64,000 nucleotides of DNA from an uncultured Planctomycetaceae bacterium (GTDB taxonomy: Bacteria > Planctomycetota > Planctomycetia > Pirellulales > PALSA-1355), in NCBI GenBank assembly GCA_963785305.1, contig CAWAUV010000009.1, positions 160,001-224,000 on the forward strand, read 5' to 3'. Under the pieces are notes generated by a model, which was not told the origin of the DNA, searched no databases, and saw only the letters and a list, made by a program, of their open reading frames with translations. This document shows positions 30,174 to 40,845 of this stretch, piece by piece; the stretch's first letter is position 1, and each line of letters begins with the position of its first letter. The translations under genes were made by a program, and so were the position numbers.

Positions 30174-31890
30174 GGGACCAGTTCAGCTTATGCGGCGGTG
30201 GCGAGGGGGGTGGAGCGGCGGTGGAAGGGGTGGCCGGGGCGTTGCGAGAGGTAGTCCTTGAGCCGGCCGTCGTCGCTGAGGGCGGCGGCGCGGAGCTGCA
30301 AGATCGCTTCCGCTCCGTCGGGATCGTCCCAGAACATTTCGGTCCCTTTCACGCGCAGGTTCATCTGTTTGATCAGCGACTCCATCGGCGCGCTGGTGAC
30401 CGGCAGGCCCAGGCGGCGATAGCTGGGATAGTCCATCCGCTGGCGATTGTTCGTCAAGTACCGCACGGCGTCGACGAGCGGTTTCTCCGCGTCACTGGGT
30501 TTCGTATCTTCCCAGTCGATGCCCCGGGCGAGGCAGGCTTGCTTGATCTCGTCGATCACGTGATCGACCTGGCCTTGCCAGCACCAGGTGACGAACTTTA
30601 GATAGAGCGACCAACCCTCCGCATCGTTGGCGGCCAGCGCCAGCGCCGCGCGGTAAACGTATTGAATCGCATGAATGAAGTCGAGGACGGGCGTGAACGT
30701 CGGAAAATGTTTTTTCCAGATCGACCAGTTCCAGTTCAGGCCATCACCGAGGAAGACCCGTAAAGGAGAATCGTAGAACCGGCGCCGCTGGGCTTCGCGC
30801 CGCATCAGCGGGCCGAAATCCTCCGAGCAGGACATACTGCTCAGCGCCGTGCGCAGCACGCGCCGCGGGCCTTCGTACTTCACGCGGCGGGGTTTCTCGG
30901 CGGCGGATTCTTCGCCGGGCGAATCGAGGCGGGGAACCGCTTTTTCCGCGATATTCGCCACTTTTTTCGCGATGCGAAAGGAAGTCGGCAACTCGGGGCA
31001 AGCGTCTTCGTCCGCGACATGCCGCGGGTTGAGAGACATTCGCTCGAACGAAGCGTTCTTCGTTTCGCGCCAGCCTTTCTCGCCCGACGGCACGACGCCG
31101 CGTCCCCGGCCCGGCTCGCGCGTGCGAATGCGGCCGCCGTCGCAAGAGACCACCGCCGCTTCCGGCACGACGACTTCCTTGACGACTTTTTTATTGTCGC
31201 TGGGCGCCGGCAGTGCCTTCCCGTCGGCCAGTTCCTGGCCCACCTGTTTCACCAAACGCCGAATCGTGCTGCAGGGAACTTTGTGTCCCAGCACTTGCTC
31301 GGTGATCACTTCCGCGCGCTTGAACGAACGGACTTCCGCGGCTAGGCAGACCACGGCTCGCGTCAACTCGGGCGTGACCTCGCGGCTATCGAGTCCCAAC
31401 GTCAACCGCTGAGGGAAAAAAAGACCGCCGGCAGCGGTCGCAGTAAGCGGTCGTCTCGGTCACCTCGACCCGGCCATCCAGGCTGGTGACCGGCCTCGTT
31501 GCGGTTTGCACGCGGCACGACGCTCCGCAGGTGGGGCAGTTCGCTTCCGTCGGGCAGCTCGCGGCGACTTCACGCATCGCTCGCTCTTGGGCTTCACGGC
31601 TCAACTCGCGGCCGAGCGTGATAGCATACCGCTCGATGACGCTATAGTGCGGCGTGCCGAGGAACGCCCCCTGCTCGACCATCTCCTCGATTCCCAGTTC
31701 GGCCAGTTCCCGCAAAAGTTCCTTCCTCCTGGCCTCGCGGGCCTGCATCGCGGCGTCCATGCCTAGCGCTCCTTAAGCAAGTTTCGTTCACCGATCAAAT
31801 CCACCTCGCCCAGCTTACCACACAAACCCCGAATTCTCCTATTGACGTTTCCACATCCACCCCCCAACCCGCAAAAGCTGAACTGGTCCC
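30174..31890 (-). mobile_element. Complete ISKra4-family insertion sequence (1717 bp)
   Basis: 22-bp TIRs GGGACCAGTTCAGCTT(A/T)TGCGG with one mismatch; 9-bp target duplication GAGTCAACG (30165-30173 and 31891-31899). Confidence 0.92.
30188..31760 (-). CDS. ISKra4-type DDE transposase expressed by -1 frameshift (orfA 31386..31760, orfB 30188..31405)
   Basis: orfA has CPTC...CDRCRRSFFP. Slippery T7-CCC at 31413-31422. orfB has CDGG, GDGLNWNW, LDFIHA and SAPMESLIKQ motifs. Confidence 0.9.
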
Positions 31891-31998
31891 GAGTCAACGG
31901 GCGACCGCGAAGCGACGTTGACTCGCATGGGCCGGGGACCTACGATCCGCCGCGATTGTGCCCGCGATCGGTGACTTTCCTTCGCAGCGAGCGCTTCG

Positions 31999-32937
31999 GT
32001 GAGCCGAAAGTTTCGAATCTTTTTCGCCGCTGGCTTGGGGCTGGTCGCAATGGCCGGCTTGGCGCTTGCATTCTATGGAGCATTGCGACGGTCGCCATCG
32101 TATTACGAGGCCGCGCTCGATCGCGACAGCGCGGCGGCAGCGCGTTCGAGCGACGAATTCTTGCAAAGCGCCGCGGGTGTGGCCAGCGATGTGCGCCGCC
32201 GCGGATCGTGGGACGCGCTTTTCACGGCCGATCAGATCAACGGATGGCTCGCGGTCGACGTGCCGAGGAATTTTCCCGACCTCTTGCCGGCCGAATTCGC
32301 CGCGCCTCGCGTGTTTATCCATCCCGGCGACCTGACAATCGCCTGCCGCTACCGGAGCGGGTCGATCGACACCGTGCTTTCGATCGCCTGCGATGTGTAT
32401 TTGCAATCGCCGAGCGTGCTCGCGATTCGTATCAAAAGCGCCAAGGCCGGACTCTTGCCACTACCCTTGGGCAAAGTGCTCGACGCAATCACCCACGCCG
32501 CCGAAGGTTTGGAACTGCCGCTCGAATGGCGACGCTCGGGCGGCGATCCGGTGGCCCTGGTGGCGCTCGTACCGCCGCATGCCCGCGGGCGAGAGCGCGT
32601 GTCGCTCGAAGGCGTCGAGCTCGGCGAAGGTGAAATCCTGGTTACGGGCCACACCGGCGAGACCGGGCCGGTGGCCGTGGCGGCGCACGACAAACACGAT
32701 GAGCCCTTGGTCGAGCCAACCAGCCCCACCGACGCGCCGGAGTCGCGAATCAATGGCGACCCGGTCCCGACGATGCGTGACGCGTTGCCGACCGACGCGC
32801 CCGTGGTCGATGCTCCGCCAGCGAGCGAGGCTCAGCCCGAGCCTGGGGGCGAGACCGTGGGCGACGGCGCATCGTCGTCGCCGCCAGCTTCGGCCTCCAC
32901 GGCTGGCGAGGGCAAGAACGACACGCTCCAGCGCTGA
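31999..32937 (+). CDS. Hypothetical membrane-anchored protein with acidic/Pro-rich tail
   Basis: N-terminal transmembrane helix; FTADQINGWL...PRV...AGLLPLP core. Confidence 0.7.
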   Translation: MSRKFRIFFAAGLGLVAMAGLALAFYGALRRSPSYYEAALDRDSAAAARSSDEFLQSAAGVASDVRRRGSWDALFTADQINGWLAVDVPRNFPDLLPAEFAAPRVFIHPGDLTIACRYRSGSIDTVLSIACDVYLQSPSVLAIRIKSAKAGLLPLPLGKVLDAITHAAEGLELPLEWRRSGGDPVALVALVPPHARGRERVSLEGVELGEGEILVTGHTGETGPVAVAAHDKHDEPLVEPTSPTDAPESRINGDPVPTMRDALPTDAPVVDAPPASEAQPEPGGETVGDGASSSPPASASTAGEGKNDTLQR

Positions 32938-33259
32938 TGGCCATCGCGCTCGAACAGCGCGTCGAGCACCAGTCGCTCGCCTCGGAGTCGGGCGCGCCAG
33001 AGATCGGCGCCTTCGGTCACGAGCTGATAGAATCCCCGGTCCCAGCGGCTCACGCTACCGCGATCGCCCGAGATGGGGCCTTCGTAGTCGAGATACACGA
33101 GCCGATGATCCGCGAGCGATTGGGCCGCTTGCGCGGGCCAATGCTCGGCTCGACCTCAATGGCCCAAGCGCGGAGCACGCCACCGTGCTCGAACATCACA
33201 TCCCAGTGATCGGCGCAGCCGGCGCCCGGCGCACGATGCCTGAGGATCACATACCGCAT
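32832..33259 (-). CDS. Stand-alone LigD N-terminal (3'-phosphoesterase-like) domain protein; indel near 33125
   Basis: RYVILRH...HWDVMFE..GVLRAW and DHRL.YLDYEGPISGDRGSVSRWDRG motifs. Confidence 0.75.
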
Positions 33260-33282
33260 TGTCGCAATCGTCGCGCGCGGCA

Positions 33283-34706
33283 TTAACGGCTGGGAATGGT
33301 GGTTTCTTCATCGGTCGGGCCCGGCACTTGTTCACCGGGGCCGATGGCGGGGGCCATGTCGGCTCCGCCCGCGGCGCCGCGGCGCTCATTGCGAGGACGA
33401 GCCGGCGTGGGTTGGCCATAGGTCGTGCTCGGCGCCGGATAGCTGGGAGCAGCGTCGGCGCGCTCAGGGCCGGCGCCGGCGATTCGATCACCGTATCGCC
33501 GCCGCATCCGCAGTCCGAAGAGCAAGGCGACTCGACCGGCACCCGCATGCACACCGTCCGTGGCACGCGAGTCGTATAGGTCACGGGAATCTGTTTACGC
33601 ACCACGCGGGGCACGCGCACCACCGAAGGCTCGGCCACCATGCGCGACACCTGCACCGGAGTCTGCTCGACGCGCTCTTCGTATTGCACTCGGCAAGTGG
33701 TCACCGGAATCCGGCGCACGACCTCTTCCTCGACCATCTTGCAGACCTGAATCGCTTCTTGCCGAGGCACATGCTCGACCACCGGGCGATAGGTCACGAC
33801 CGGAGTCTTGCGAACCACTTCTTCTTGCACCATGCGGCACACCTGCACCGGAACCTTGCGCACCATTTGCTGGTCCACATAACGGGCCACTTGCACCGGA
33901 ACTTTCTGCACGATCTGCCGCGCCACATACTGGGTCTGCGGAACCTGCTGGGCCACGACATGCGGCTGCCACGTGGTCACATTCGCGATCGTCGGCGCTT
34001 TTTGTTCGGGCACCCAGGCCAAGCCACCGCGCTGATAGGCGCTCACGCCGGTCACCGGGTCGACAGCGCAGCCGCTCGGCAGCCAGCGAAGATGATTGCG
34101 CACCGCGCCGGGAGTGACTACTTGCTGCGTGGCGTAGGCCCCTTGATCGACGTATTCCGTGCGATAGGTCGTGACGGGCTCGACCACGGTCGACGCCACG
34201 CTTTGCTCGGCGGTCTCCATCACCTGGCTGCGCACCGTGTACTGTTCCTCGCGCTCCGAGGTTTCCATGACCGGCTTCGCCACCAAATAGCGCTCTTCGC
34301 GCTCGCTGGTTTCGGCCACCATGCGCGTCACATCGTAGCTCGCGTCGCGCATTTGCGTTTCATACACCGGACGCAGCACTTTGTAGCGCTCTTCGCGCTC
34401 GCTGGTTTCGGTCACCGGTCGGGCCACGGTGTAGCGCCGCTCGCGCATTTCGGTTTCGATCACTGGGCGATAGGTGGTGACTTGTTGCTCGTCGTAGACG
34501 GTTTCCGACTCGATCTTGTAGGCGTTTACCTGTCGCTCGTCGTAGACCGTTTGGTACACCAAACGATAGGCTTGCACCGGCTGGCAAGCGCCGCACTGCG
34601 CCACGGCCCGCGAGGGGCCGGCCGCGAAAATCACGGCCAAGCCGGCGGCGCCGGTGGCCGAAGCCGCGCGAAGGAGCGAGGAAGTCGAAAATTGGTCGCG
34701 TGTCAT
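33283..34706 (-). CDS. Secreted Val/Arg/Glu-rich 16-aa repeat protein; indel near the 3' end
   Basis: Signal peptide ending AVA-QCGAC; ETSEREERY.V..PV. repeats followed by VRKVPVQVCRMV.EE. repeats. Confidence 0.8.
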
Positions 34707-35157
34707 GGTGTTGCACCCTATGGAGCTACTCAAACGAATCCGCCAGCGGGCGATCCGCCGCCCGGCCCGGGACTCTTGCAATGCGAAGCGCAAAAAAATT
34801 ACGCTCACAGGAGTCTGGCGGACAATTTTAGCTCTGGCAAATGATTTTGTAGCGCGGCGGGGTCGCGGCGCCAAAACCAACAGGCCGGCAATGACTTGCG
34901 GCGCAAAAAAAAGTTTGAAGTCGTGGACGTTTCCAACCGACGTTGCGTTTTTTCAACACAACGCAAGTCGTTGTGCTGGCAATGCTTGCGGTCACAGCTT
35001 GCGCAACCGTCACAGCTTCTCGGCCGCTCATCTCGGCAAGGCAAGTAGCGAGCGGCAACGTGGATCGGTTCGTGCGACTATTCGCAATGCCGGCCGGCGC
35101 AGGATAAGCTCCGGGACTCGGGCGGTCGTGTATCACTTGCTCCATGTCATTCATCCA

Positions 35158-35878
35158 ATGCGATTTCTAAATCTCACGCTCGACGAGGCCGCCGCCAATA
35201 TCGCGCTCGATGACGCGCTGCTCGAAACCGCCGAGCTCGCCCACCCGCCGCTTGAAATCCTCCGGCTCTGGGAGCCGCGGGCGCCGATCGTGGTCGTGGG
35301 ACGCAGTTCGGCCGTGGAGCGCGAGGTGCGACTTGAAGCGTGTCGCGCAAGCCACGCGCCCGTTGTGCGCCGCTCGAGCGGCGGGCTGTCGGTCGTCGCC
35401 GGTCCGGGCTGTTTGATGTATGCGCTCGTGCTCAGTTATGAATTGCGGCCCGCGCTGCGGCAACTCGACATCGCCCACCAGCAAATCTTGGGCACGCTCG
35501 TGGCGGCGCTGCGGCCGCTAGCGCCCGAGATCGCGATTCGTGGAACGAGCGATCTCGAGTTGGGCGGCCGCAAAGTGTCGGGCAACAGCGTGCGTTGCAA
35601 GCGGCGCTGCCTTCTCTACCACGGCACGCTGCTTTACGATTTTCCGCTGCCCCTGATCGGCCGCTTGCTCCAGGAGCCGCCGCGCTCGCCCGACTATCGG
35701 GCCGGACGCTGCGCACGACGCCTTCGTGGCCAATCTACCGGCCGAGCGCCAGGCCCTTCACGATGCGCTGATCGAAGCCTGGGATGCCCACGAGCCCCTC
35801 GACGATTGGCCGCGAGCGCTCACGGAACAACTCGTCGCCGAAAAGTACGCCGCCGACGCCTGGAATTTTCGCCATTGA
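35158..35878 (+). CDS. Lipoate-protein ligase A family protein; indel near 35710
   Basis: NIALDDALL, LRLWE, VVRRSSGG, RKVSGN and YHGTLL motifs. Confidence 0.85.
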
Positions 35879-35987
35879 GTAACGCCTTTTTCTGAATCCG
35901 GGTGCGTCGGCTCGGCGAATATGCCTCCGGAGTTGACGGGATCGGCACACCGAGGGCGAGGCCGGCCATCAAAGCGGTCGGCGTGGC

Positions 35988-37091
35988 ATGGATTCACGGG
36001 CGAAACACACGGTCCGCGACGCGGCAATCGGCCTGTTGCGCTGGCTCGACACAAACGCCGGTCGAAGCCGTGGCCCCGGCGACGATGCCGGCGATGAGAA
36101 AACCGTCGGACGCGAAGGCGCGAGCCGCCCACCCGACGACGAGGAGCTCTATCGTGTCGACGCGCTGCGATGTCTCCCCTTTTTTCTGATGCACGCGGCC
36201 TGTCTGGGCGTGGTATTCGTGGGATGGAGCCCGGTGGCGCTGGCGGTCGCGGCTGGCATGTATCTCCTGCGAGCCTTCGCGCTCACGGCCTTTTATCACC
36301 GCTACTTTTCGCATCGGGCTTTCAAAACCTCGCGCTGGTTTCAATTTCTCTTCGCCGTCGTGGGCAATGCGGCGGTGCAGCGTGGGCCAATTTGGTGGGC
36401 GGCCCATCATCGCCGGCATCATGCGCTTTCCGATCGGCCGGGCGACGTGCATTCGCCGCATCAGCACGGTTTCCTATGGAGCCACATGCTGTGGTTCACC
36501 TCGAAGGTGAACTTTCGAACCGACTTGCGAGCGGCGCCCGACCTGGCGCGATTTCCCGAACTGCGCTGGCTCGACCGTTTCGATGTCGCGGCGCCGGCGC
36601 TCACTGCCGGGCTTTTGCATGGGCTTGGCGGTTGGCTTGAACAGCGAGCGCCATCGCTGGGCACGAGCGGCATGCAAATGCTCGTCTGGGGTTTTTTCGT
36701 CTCGACGGTCTTGCTGTTCCATGCCACGGCCGCGATCAATTCGCTCGCGCATCGCTCGGGCGCCCGCCGCTATGACACCGCCGACGAAAGCCGCAACAAC
36801 CTGGCGTTGGCCCTGATTACGCTCGGCGAAGGCTGGCACAACAATCATCATCATTATCCGAACTCCGCGCGGCAGGGTTTCGTTTGGTGGGAAATCGACA
36901 TCACGTTTTACGTGCTTAAATTATTTTCGTGGCTGGGGCTGGTCTGGGATTTGCGCGAAGTTCCAAGACACGCGCTCGAGCGCACGGTGATGGCCCCGCG
37001 CATGGCTTCGAGCGCCGAGCAGGTCGCCGCGCCTCGCGACGCCCAGCATGAAGCCGCTCGACTGGCGACAGCCACGGGAGTGCCGCCATGA
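35988..37091 (+). CDS. Acyl-CoA (delta-9-type) fatty acid desaturase
   Basis: His boxes YHRYFSH, HHRRHH and GWHNNHH, plus INSLAH. Confidence 0.92.
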   Translation: MDSRAKHTVRDAAIGLLRWLDTNAGRSRGPGDDAGDEKTVGREGASRPPDDEELYRVDALRCLPFFLMHAACLGVVFVGWSPVALAVAAGMYLLRAFALTAFYHRYFSHRAFKTSRWFQFLFAVVGNAAVQRGPIWWAAHHRRHHALSDRPGDVHSPHQHGFLWSHMLWFTSKVNFRTDLRAAPDLARFPELRWLDRFDVAAPALTAGLLHGLGGWLEQRAPSLGTSGMQMLVWGFFVSTVLLFHATAAINSLAHRSGARRYDTADESRNNLALALITLGEGWHNNHHHYPNSARQGFVWWEIDITFYVLKLFSWLGLVWDLREVPRHALERTVMAPRMASSAEQVAAPRDAQHEAARLATATGVPP

Positions 37092-37897
37092 TCGCTTGGT
37101 TCGGCGCGTGCGCGAGCCAATCGCTCGTCTGGGGGGCGCTGCTGGCCTCGGCCCTCATGGTCATCGCGTGGCTCATCGAGCGGCGCACGCACAACGCCGG
37201 AATCGTCGATGTCGGCTGGGCTGGCGGCGTGGGCCTGATCGCCATTCTGTTGGCGAGCGACGCTCCCGACGCGGGACCGCGCCGTTGGCTCGCCGCCGCG
37301 ATGCTCGGACTGTGGTCGCTGCGGCTGGCTTGGCATCTGCTCGTGGATCGCGTGCTCGGACACGATGAAGACGGCCGGTATCGATCGCTCCGCCGCCGCT
37401 GGGGCCGCTGGGCCGGAATCGGCTTCTTCGTTTTCTTTCAGATTCAAGCCGCGCTGGCCTGGCTCTTTGCCTTGCCCGCGTTTGTGGCCGCGAGGGCCGG
37501 GCGACCGCTGCCCGATGGCTGGGATACGATCGCGGTGGCCCTTTGGCTTGTGGCCGTGGGGGGAGAAACGATCGCCGATCGACAATTGCGACGATTTCGC
37601 GACGATCCGGCGCATCGCGGCCGCACATGCCGCGCGGGGCTCTGGCGATATTCGCGCCACCCCAACTATTTCTTCGAGTGGCTGCACTGGTGGGCCTATC
37701 CGTTCCTGGCTTTCGGCGCGCCAGGCTGGGCGCTGCTGTTTCTTTATCCCGCGCTGATGCTTCTCTTCCTGTTTAAGCTCACTGGCATTCCGGCGACCGA
37801 GGCGCAGGCGATCGCCAGTCGCGGCGAGGATTATCGCCGCTATCAGCGCACGACGAGTCCTTTCATTCCCTGGTTTCCCAAGAGCGACACTCCATGA
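37088..37897 (+). CDS. DUF1295 (steroid 5-alpha-reductase-like) membrane protein
   Basis: NAGIVDVGW, EDGRY, ADRQL, GLWRYSRHPNYFFEW and GIPATE motifs. Confidence 0.9.
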   Translation: MIAWFGACASQSLVWGALLASALMVIAWLIERRTHNAGIVDVGWAGGVGLIAILLASDAPDAGPRRWLAAAMLGLWSLRLAWHLLVDRVLGHDEDGRYRSLRRRWGRWAGIGFFVFFQIQAALAWLFALPAFVAARAGRPLPDGWDTIAVALWLVAVGGETIADRQLRRFRDDPAHRGRTCRAGLWRYSRHPNYFFEWLHWWAYPFLAFGAPGWALLFLYPALMLLFLFKLTGIPATEAQAIASRGEDYRRYQRTTSPFIPWFPKSDTP

Positions 37898-39000
37898 ACT
37901 GGGCAATCGAACTTGCCGAACGCGGTTGGCTTCCCGACCCGATGGTGCGGGCCGGTATCCGGCGCCTTTTGGCCGAGCGGCTGCGCGAGGTCGACCAGCG
38001 CAATTGCGCCGCCGACCGCGAAGCGCATCAGCGCTTCATCGAGCAAATGCGCTCGTCGCCCGTGGCGATCGGCGCCGCCAAGGCCAATGAACAGCACTAC
38101 GAAGCGCCCCCGAATTCATTGTGCGCACTGCTTGGCCCTCGGATGAAATACAGTTGCGGATTATGGTCGCGGCCCGGCGACACACTGGCGACCGCCGAAG
38201 AGGCGATGCTCGCGCTCACATGCCAAAGAGCCGATATCGGCCCCGGCCAGCGGATTCTGGACCTTGGCTGCGGCTGGGGATCGCTCGCGCTCTGGATCGC
38301 CGAGCACTATCCGGACTCGAAAGTGACGGCGCTGAGCAATTCGCGTCGGCAGCGAGAGTTTATTCTGGCCCGCGCCGAGGCGGCGAATCTCGCGAATCTT
38401 GAAGTCGTGACTCGCGATGTGCAAGATTTTCAAGCGCCCGCGGCAAGTTTCGATCGGGTCGTTTCGGTCGAGATGTTCGAGCATGTGCGTAACCACGAAG
38501 CGCTGCTCGGCCGCATCGCCGGTTGGCTGGCGCCGGGCGGAAAACTGTTCGTGCATATTTTTTGCCATCGAAGGTTCGCCTATTCCTTCGAGCCCGCGAC
38601 GAACAAGGACTGGATGGCCCAACACTTTTTCACCGGCGGCGTGATGCCGTCCGACGATCTGCTGCTTTACTATCAGCGCGATCTCGCGGCGCGGGAACAC
38701 CATCGCATTCCCGGCTGGCACTATGCCCGCACGCTCGAAGCGTGGCTCGCGCGACTCGACGAAGATCGCGAAGCCGCGGCCGCCGCGCTGGCGCCGGGCT
38801 TGCCGGCGCATGAGGCGCGGCGGCTTGCGCGAAGGTGGCGAATATTTCTCATGGCCTCGGCCGAGCTGTTCGCTTACCGCGGCGGTCAAGAGTGGTGGGT
38901 TGCTCACTATGTGTTCGAAAACCACGCGACTCGCGCCGCGATTCACTCGCCCGGTCGCTCGGGGAGCGGCAGTTCGCAGATTTCCTTGAGCAAGTCGTGA
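37894..39000 (+). CDS. SAM-dependent methyltransferase, cyclopropane-fatty-acyl synthase/coclaurine N-methyltransferase-like
   Basis: ANEQHYE, MKYSC, LDLGCGWGS, SVEMFEH and FFTGGVMPS motifs. Confidence 0.88.
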   Translation: MNWAIELAERGWLPDPMVRAGIRRLLAERLREVDQRNCAADREAHQRFIEQMRSSPVAIGAAKANEQHYEAPPNSLCALLGPRMKYSCGLWSRPGDTLATAEEAMLALTCQRADIGPGQRILDLGCGWGSLALWIAEHYPDSKVTALSNSRRQREFILARAEAANLANLEVVTRDVQDFQAPAASFDRVVSVEMFEHVRNHEALLGRIAGWLAPGGKLFVHIFCHRRFAYSFEPATNKDWMAQHFFTGGVMPSDDLLLYYQRDLAAREHHRIPGWHYARTLEAWLARLDEDREAAAAALAPGLPAHEARRLARRWRIFLMASAELFAYRGGQEWWVAHYVFENHATRAAIHSPGRSGSGSSQISLSKS

Positions 39001-40041
39001 GCCAGGGCCGCGGTGTCGAGCCCTTGGCCTTGCAGGTTCATGATAAAGATCACCGCGTCGTGGCGGCCGGGCACGAATTGAAACTGACTCGAATAGCCCG
39101 ACGCCGCGCCGTCCTTGGCCACGATCCTCACACCGTTCACCTCGCGGGTAAACCATCCCACGGCGCCGGTCTTGCCCTCGCTCACCGGGGTGATCATCTC
39201 TTGAGCGCGGGCCGGAGTCAGGAGCTTGTGGCTTTGAATGCCCCGGTACAATCGCACAAGATCGCCAAGCGTGGTTTGCAAGAATCCCGAGGGAATGGCA
39301 TATTCTCCACCGCGCGGCACGGCTTCGTTCACGACTTCGAGCCCCTTTTTGCGATGATAATGTCCGGGCGCGAAATTGGCGTCGGTTGGGCCATAGCCGC
39401 TGCGCGACATGCCGAGCGGCTTGAATACTTCGTCGCGCATGAAGTCGAGATACGGTTTGCCCAAAGCGCCTTCGATCACGTCGCCCGCCACCGCGAAATT
39501 AAAATTGTTGTACTCCTGCTTCGCGCCCGGTCGAAACGCCATCGGCAGTTCGTCGGCCGCGCGGAACATGGCTTGCATGCTCGGCAGCTTCTCCTTCAGT
39601 TCGGGAATGCCGCTTTGATGGGCCACGAATAGCTTGATGGGGATCTGCCGCCAAGGCTTGGGCATCTGTTTCACATAGCGGCTGGCCGGATCGCCCAGCG
39701 AAAGTTTGCCTCGCTCGGCCAGCAGTTCGACGCCCACTCCGGTAAACGCTTTCGAGAGCGAACCGATATGAAACACGGTATCGCGATCGGGCAGGATCGG
39801 ATCGGCGGGGGTGCGCACTCCATAGCCGCGCTCGACAACCGTCTTGCCATCGCGGATCACCGCGAGCACCAGCCCCGGCACGCCTTTCTCCTTCATAAAT
39901 CGCTCGACAATCCGATCGGCCGCCGCTCGGGCCGCCTCCGGCGACTTGTTCGCGAGCGCGGCCTCGCTGCTGGGCCAGCGCCTCGCCGGCAAACCCAATC
40001 GCGACCAGGGCGGCCAGCAAGAAATGTTTGTCGATTCGCAT
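38943..40041 (-). CDS. Secreted serine hydrolase (beta-lactamase class C-like); indel after the signal peptide
   Basis: FHIGSLSKAF (SxxK), YNN and KPLGM motifs; signal peptide MRIDKHFLLAALVA.. in another frame. Confidence 0.85.
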
Positions 40042-40103
40042 GGGAGCCTTTATCCGAAAGTCATTTTGTGCGGGGGATTCATGGGCGGTTCCCGCGAAGT
40101 TCT

Positions 40104-40796
40104 TCATGCGGAACCCGCCTCATCGCGGCGATGTACGATTCGTTCGATGGCGCGACGACGTTCTTCTTGAATCGTCCGGCGGGAGGCTCGGACCCTTTCG
40201 GCGATCTCCGGACCGGCGCTTTCTGGCGAGCCGAAGTCGAAAGGAGGGTCGGGATTGTATTCCATCATCAGTTGGATTTCCTTGGCGATCAAGGCGCCGT
40301 GCAGGAGCGCGGCGATCGTCAGACCAAAGTCGATTCCGGCGGTCACGCCGCCGCCGGTAATGCGATTGCGGTCCGCGACGACGCGTTCGTTCACCGGATG
40401 CGCCGCCACGAGCGGCAGCAATTCCAGGCTGAGCCAATGCGTCGTGGCCCGATAACCTCGCAGCAATCCGGCGGCGCCCAAGAGCAAGGCGCCCGTGCAG
40501 ACGGACGTGACGAACCGAGCCTGCTCGCCCTGTTTCCGCAGGAAGGCCAAGCACTGCTCGTCGTCGAGCTGTGCATTCACGCCGTTGCCCCCGGGCACGA
40601 ATAGGATGTCGAACCGCGGCGCATCGGCCATCAGCGTGTCGGGCACGATCGCCAGTCCCTGTTCGCTCGCCACGGGCTCGAGCGAAGCCGACACCAAATG
40701 AATTCGGGTGTTCGGCATGCGTGAAAAGACCTCGTATGGCCCGACGAGATCCAAGACGGTCAGCCGCGGAAACAAGAGCATCCCGATGGTGGTCAT
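40104..40796 (-). CDS. DJ-1/PfpI family protein (isonitrile hydratase-like)
   Basis: LDLVGPYEVF, VPGG, SVCTGALLL, ATTHW, GGGVTAGIDF and EYNPDPPF motifs. Confidence 0.88.
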   Translation of the reverse strand: MTTIGMLLFPRLTVLDLVGPYEVFSRMPNTRIHLVSASLEPVASEQGLAIVPDTLMADAPRFDILFVPGGNGVNAQLDDEQCLAFLRKQGEQARFVTSVCTGALLLGAAGLLRGYRATTHWLSLELLPLVAAHPVNERVVADRNRITGGGVTAGIDFGLTIAALLHGALIAKEIQLMMEYNPDPPFDFGSPESAGPEIAERVRASRRTIQEERRRAIERIVHRRDEAGSA

Positions 40797-40845
40797 GATG
40801 TCGCTCGACGCATGGTTGCTGGACTCGGTTTGCCACTGGGCTCGA

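Noticed and set aside
31386..31422. Transposase frameshift as sequencing error or pseudogene
   Set aside because: It falls on a T7-CCC slippery site at the position typical of this IS group, with intact TIRs and target duplication, so programmed frameshifting is likelier.
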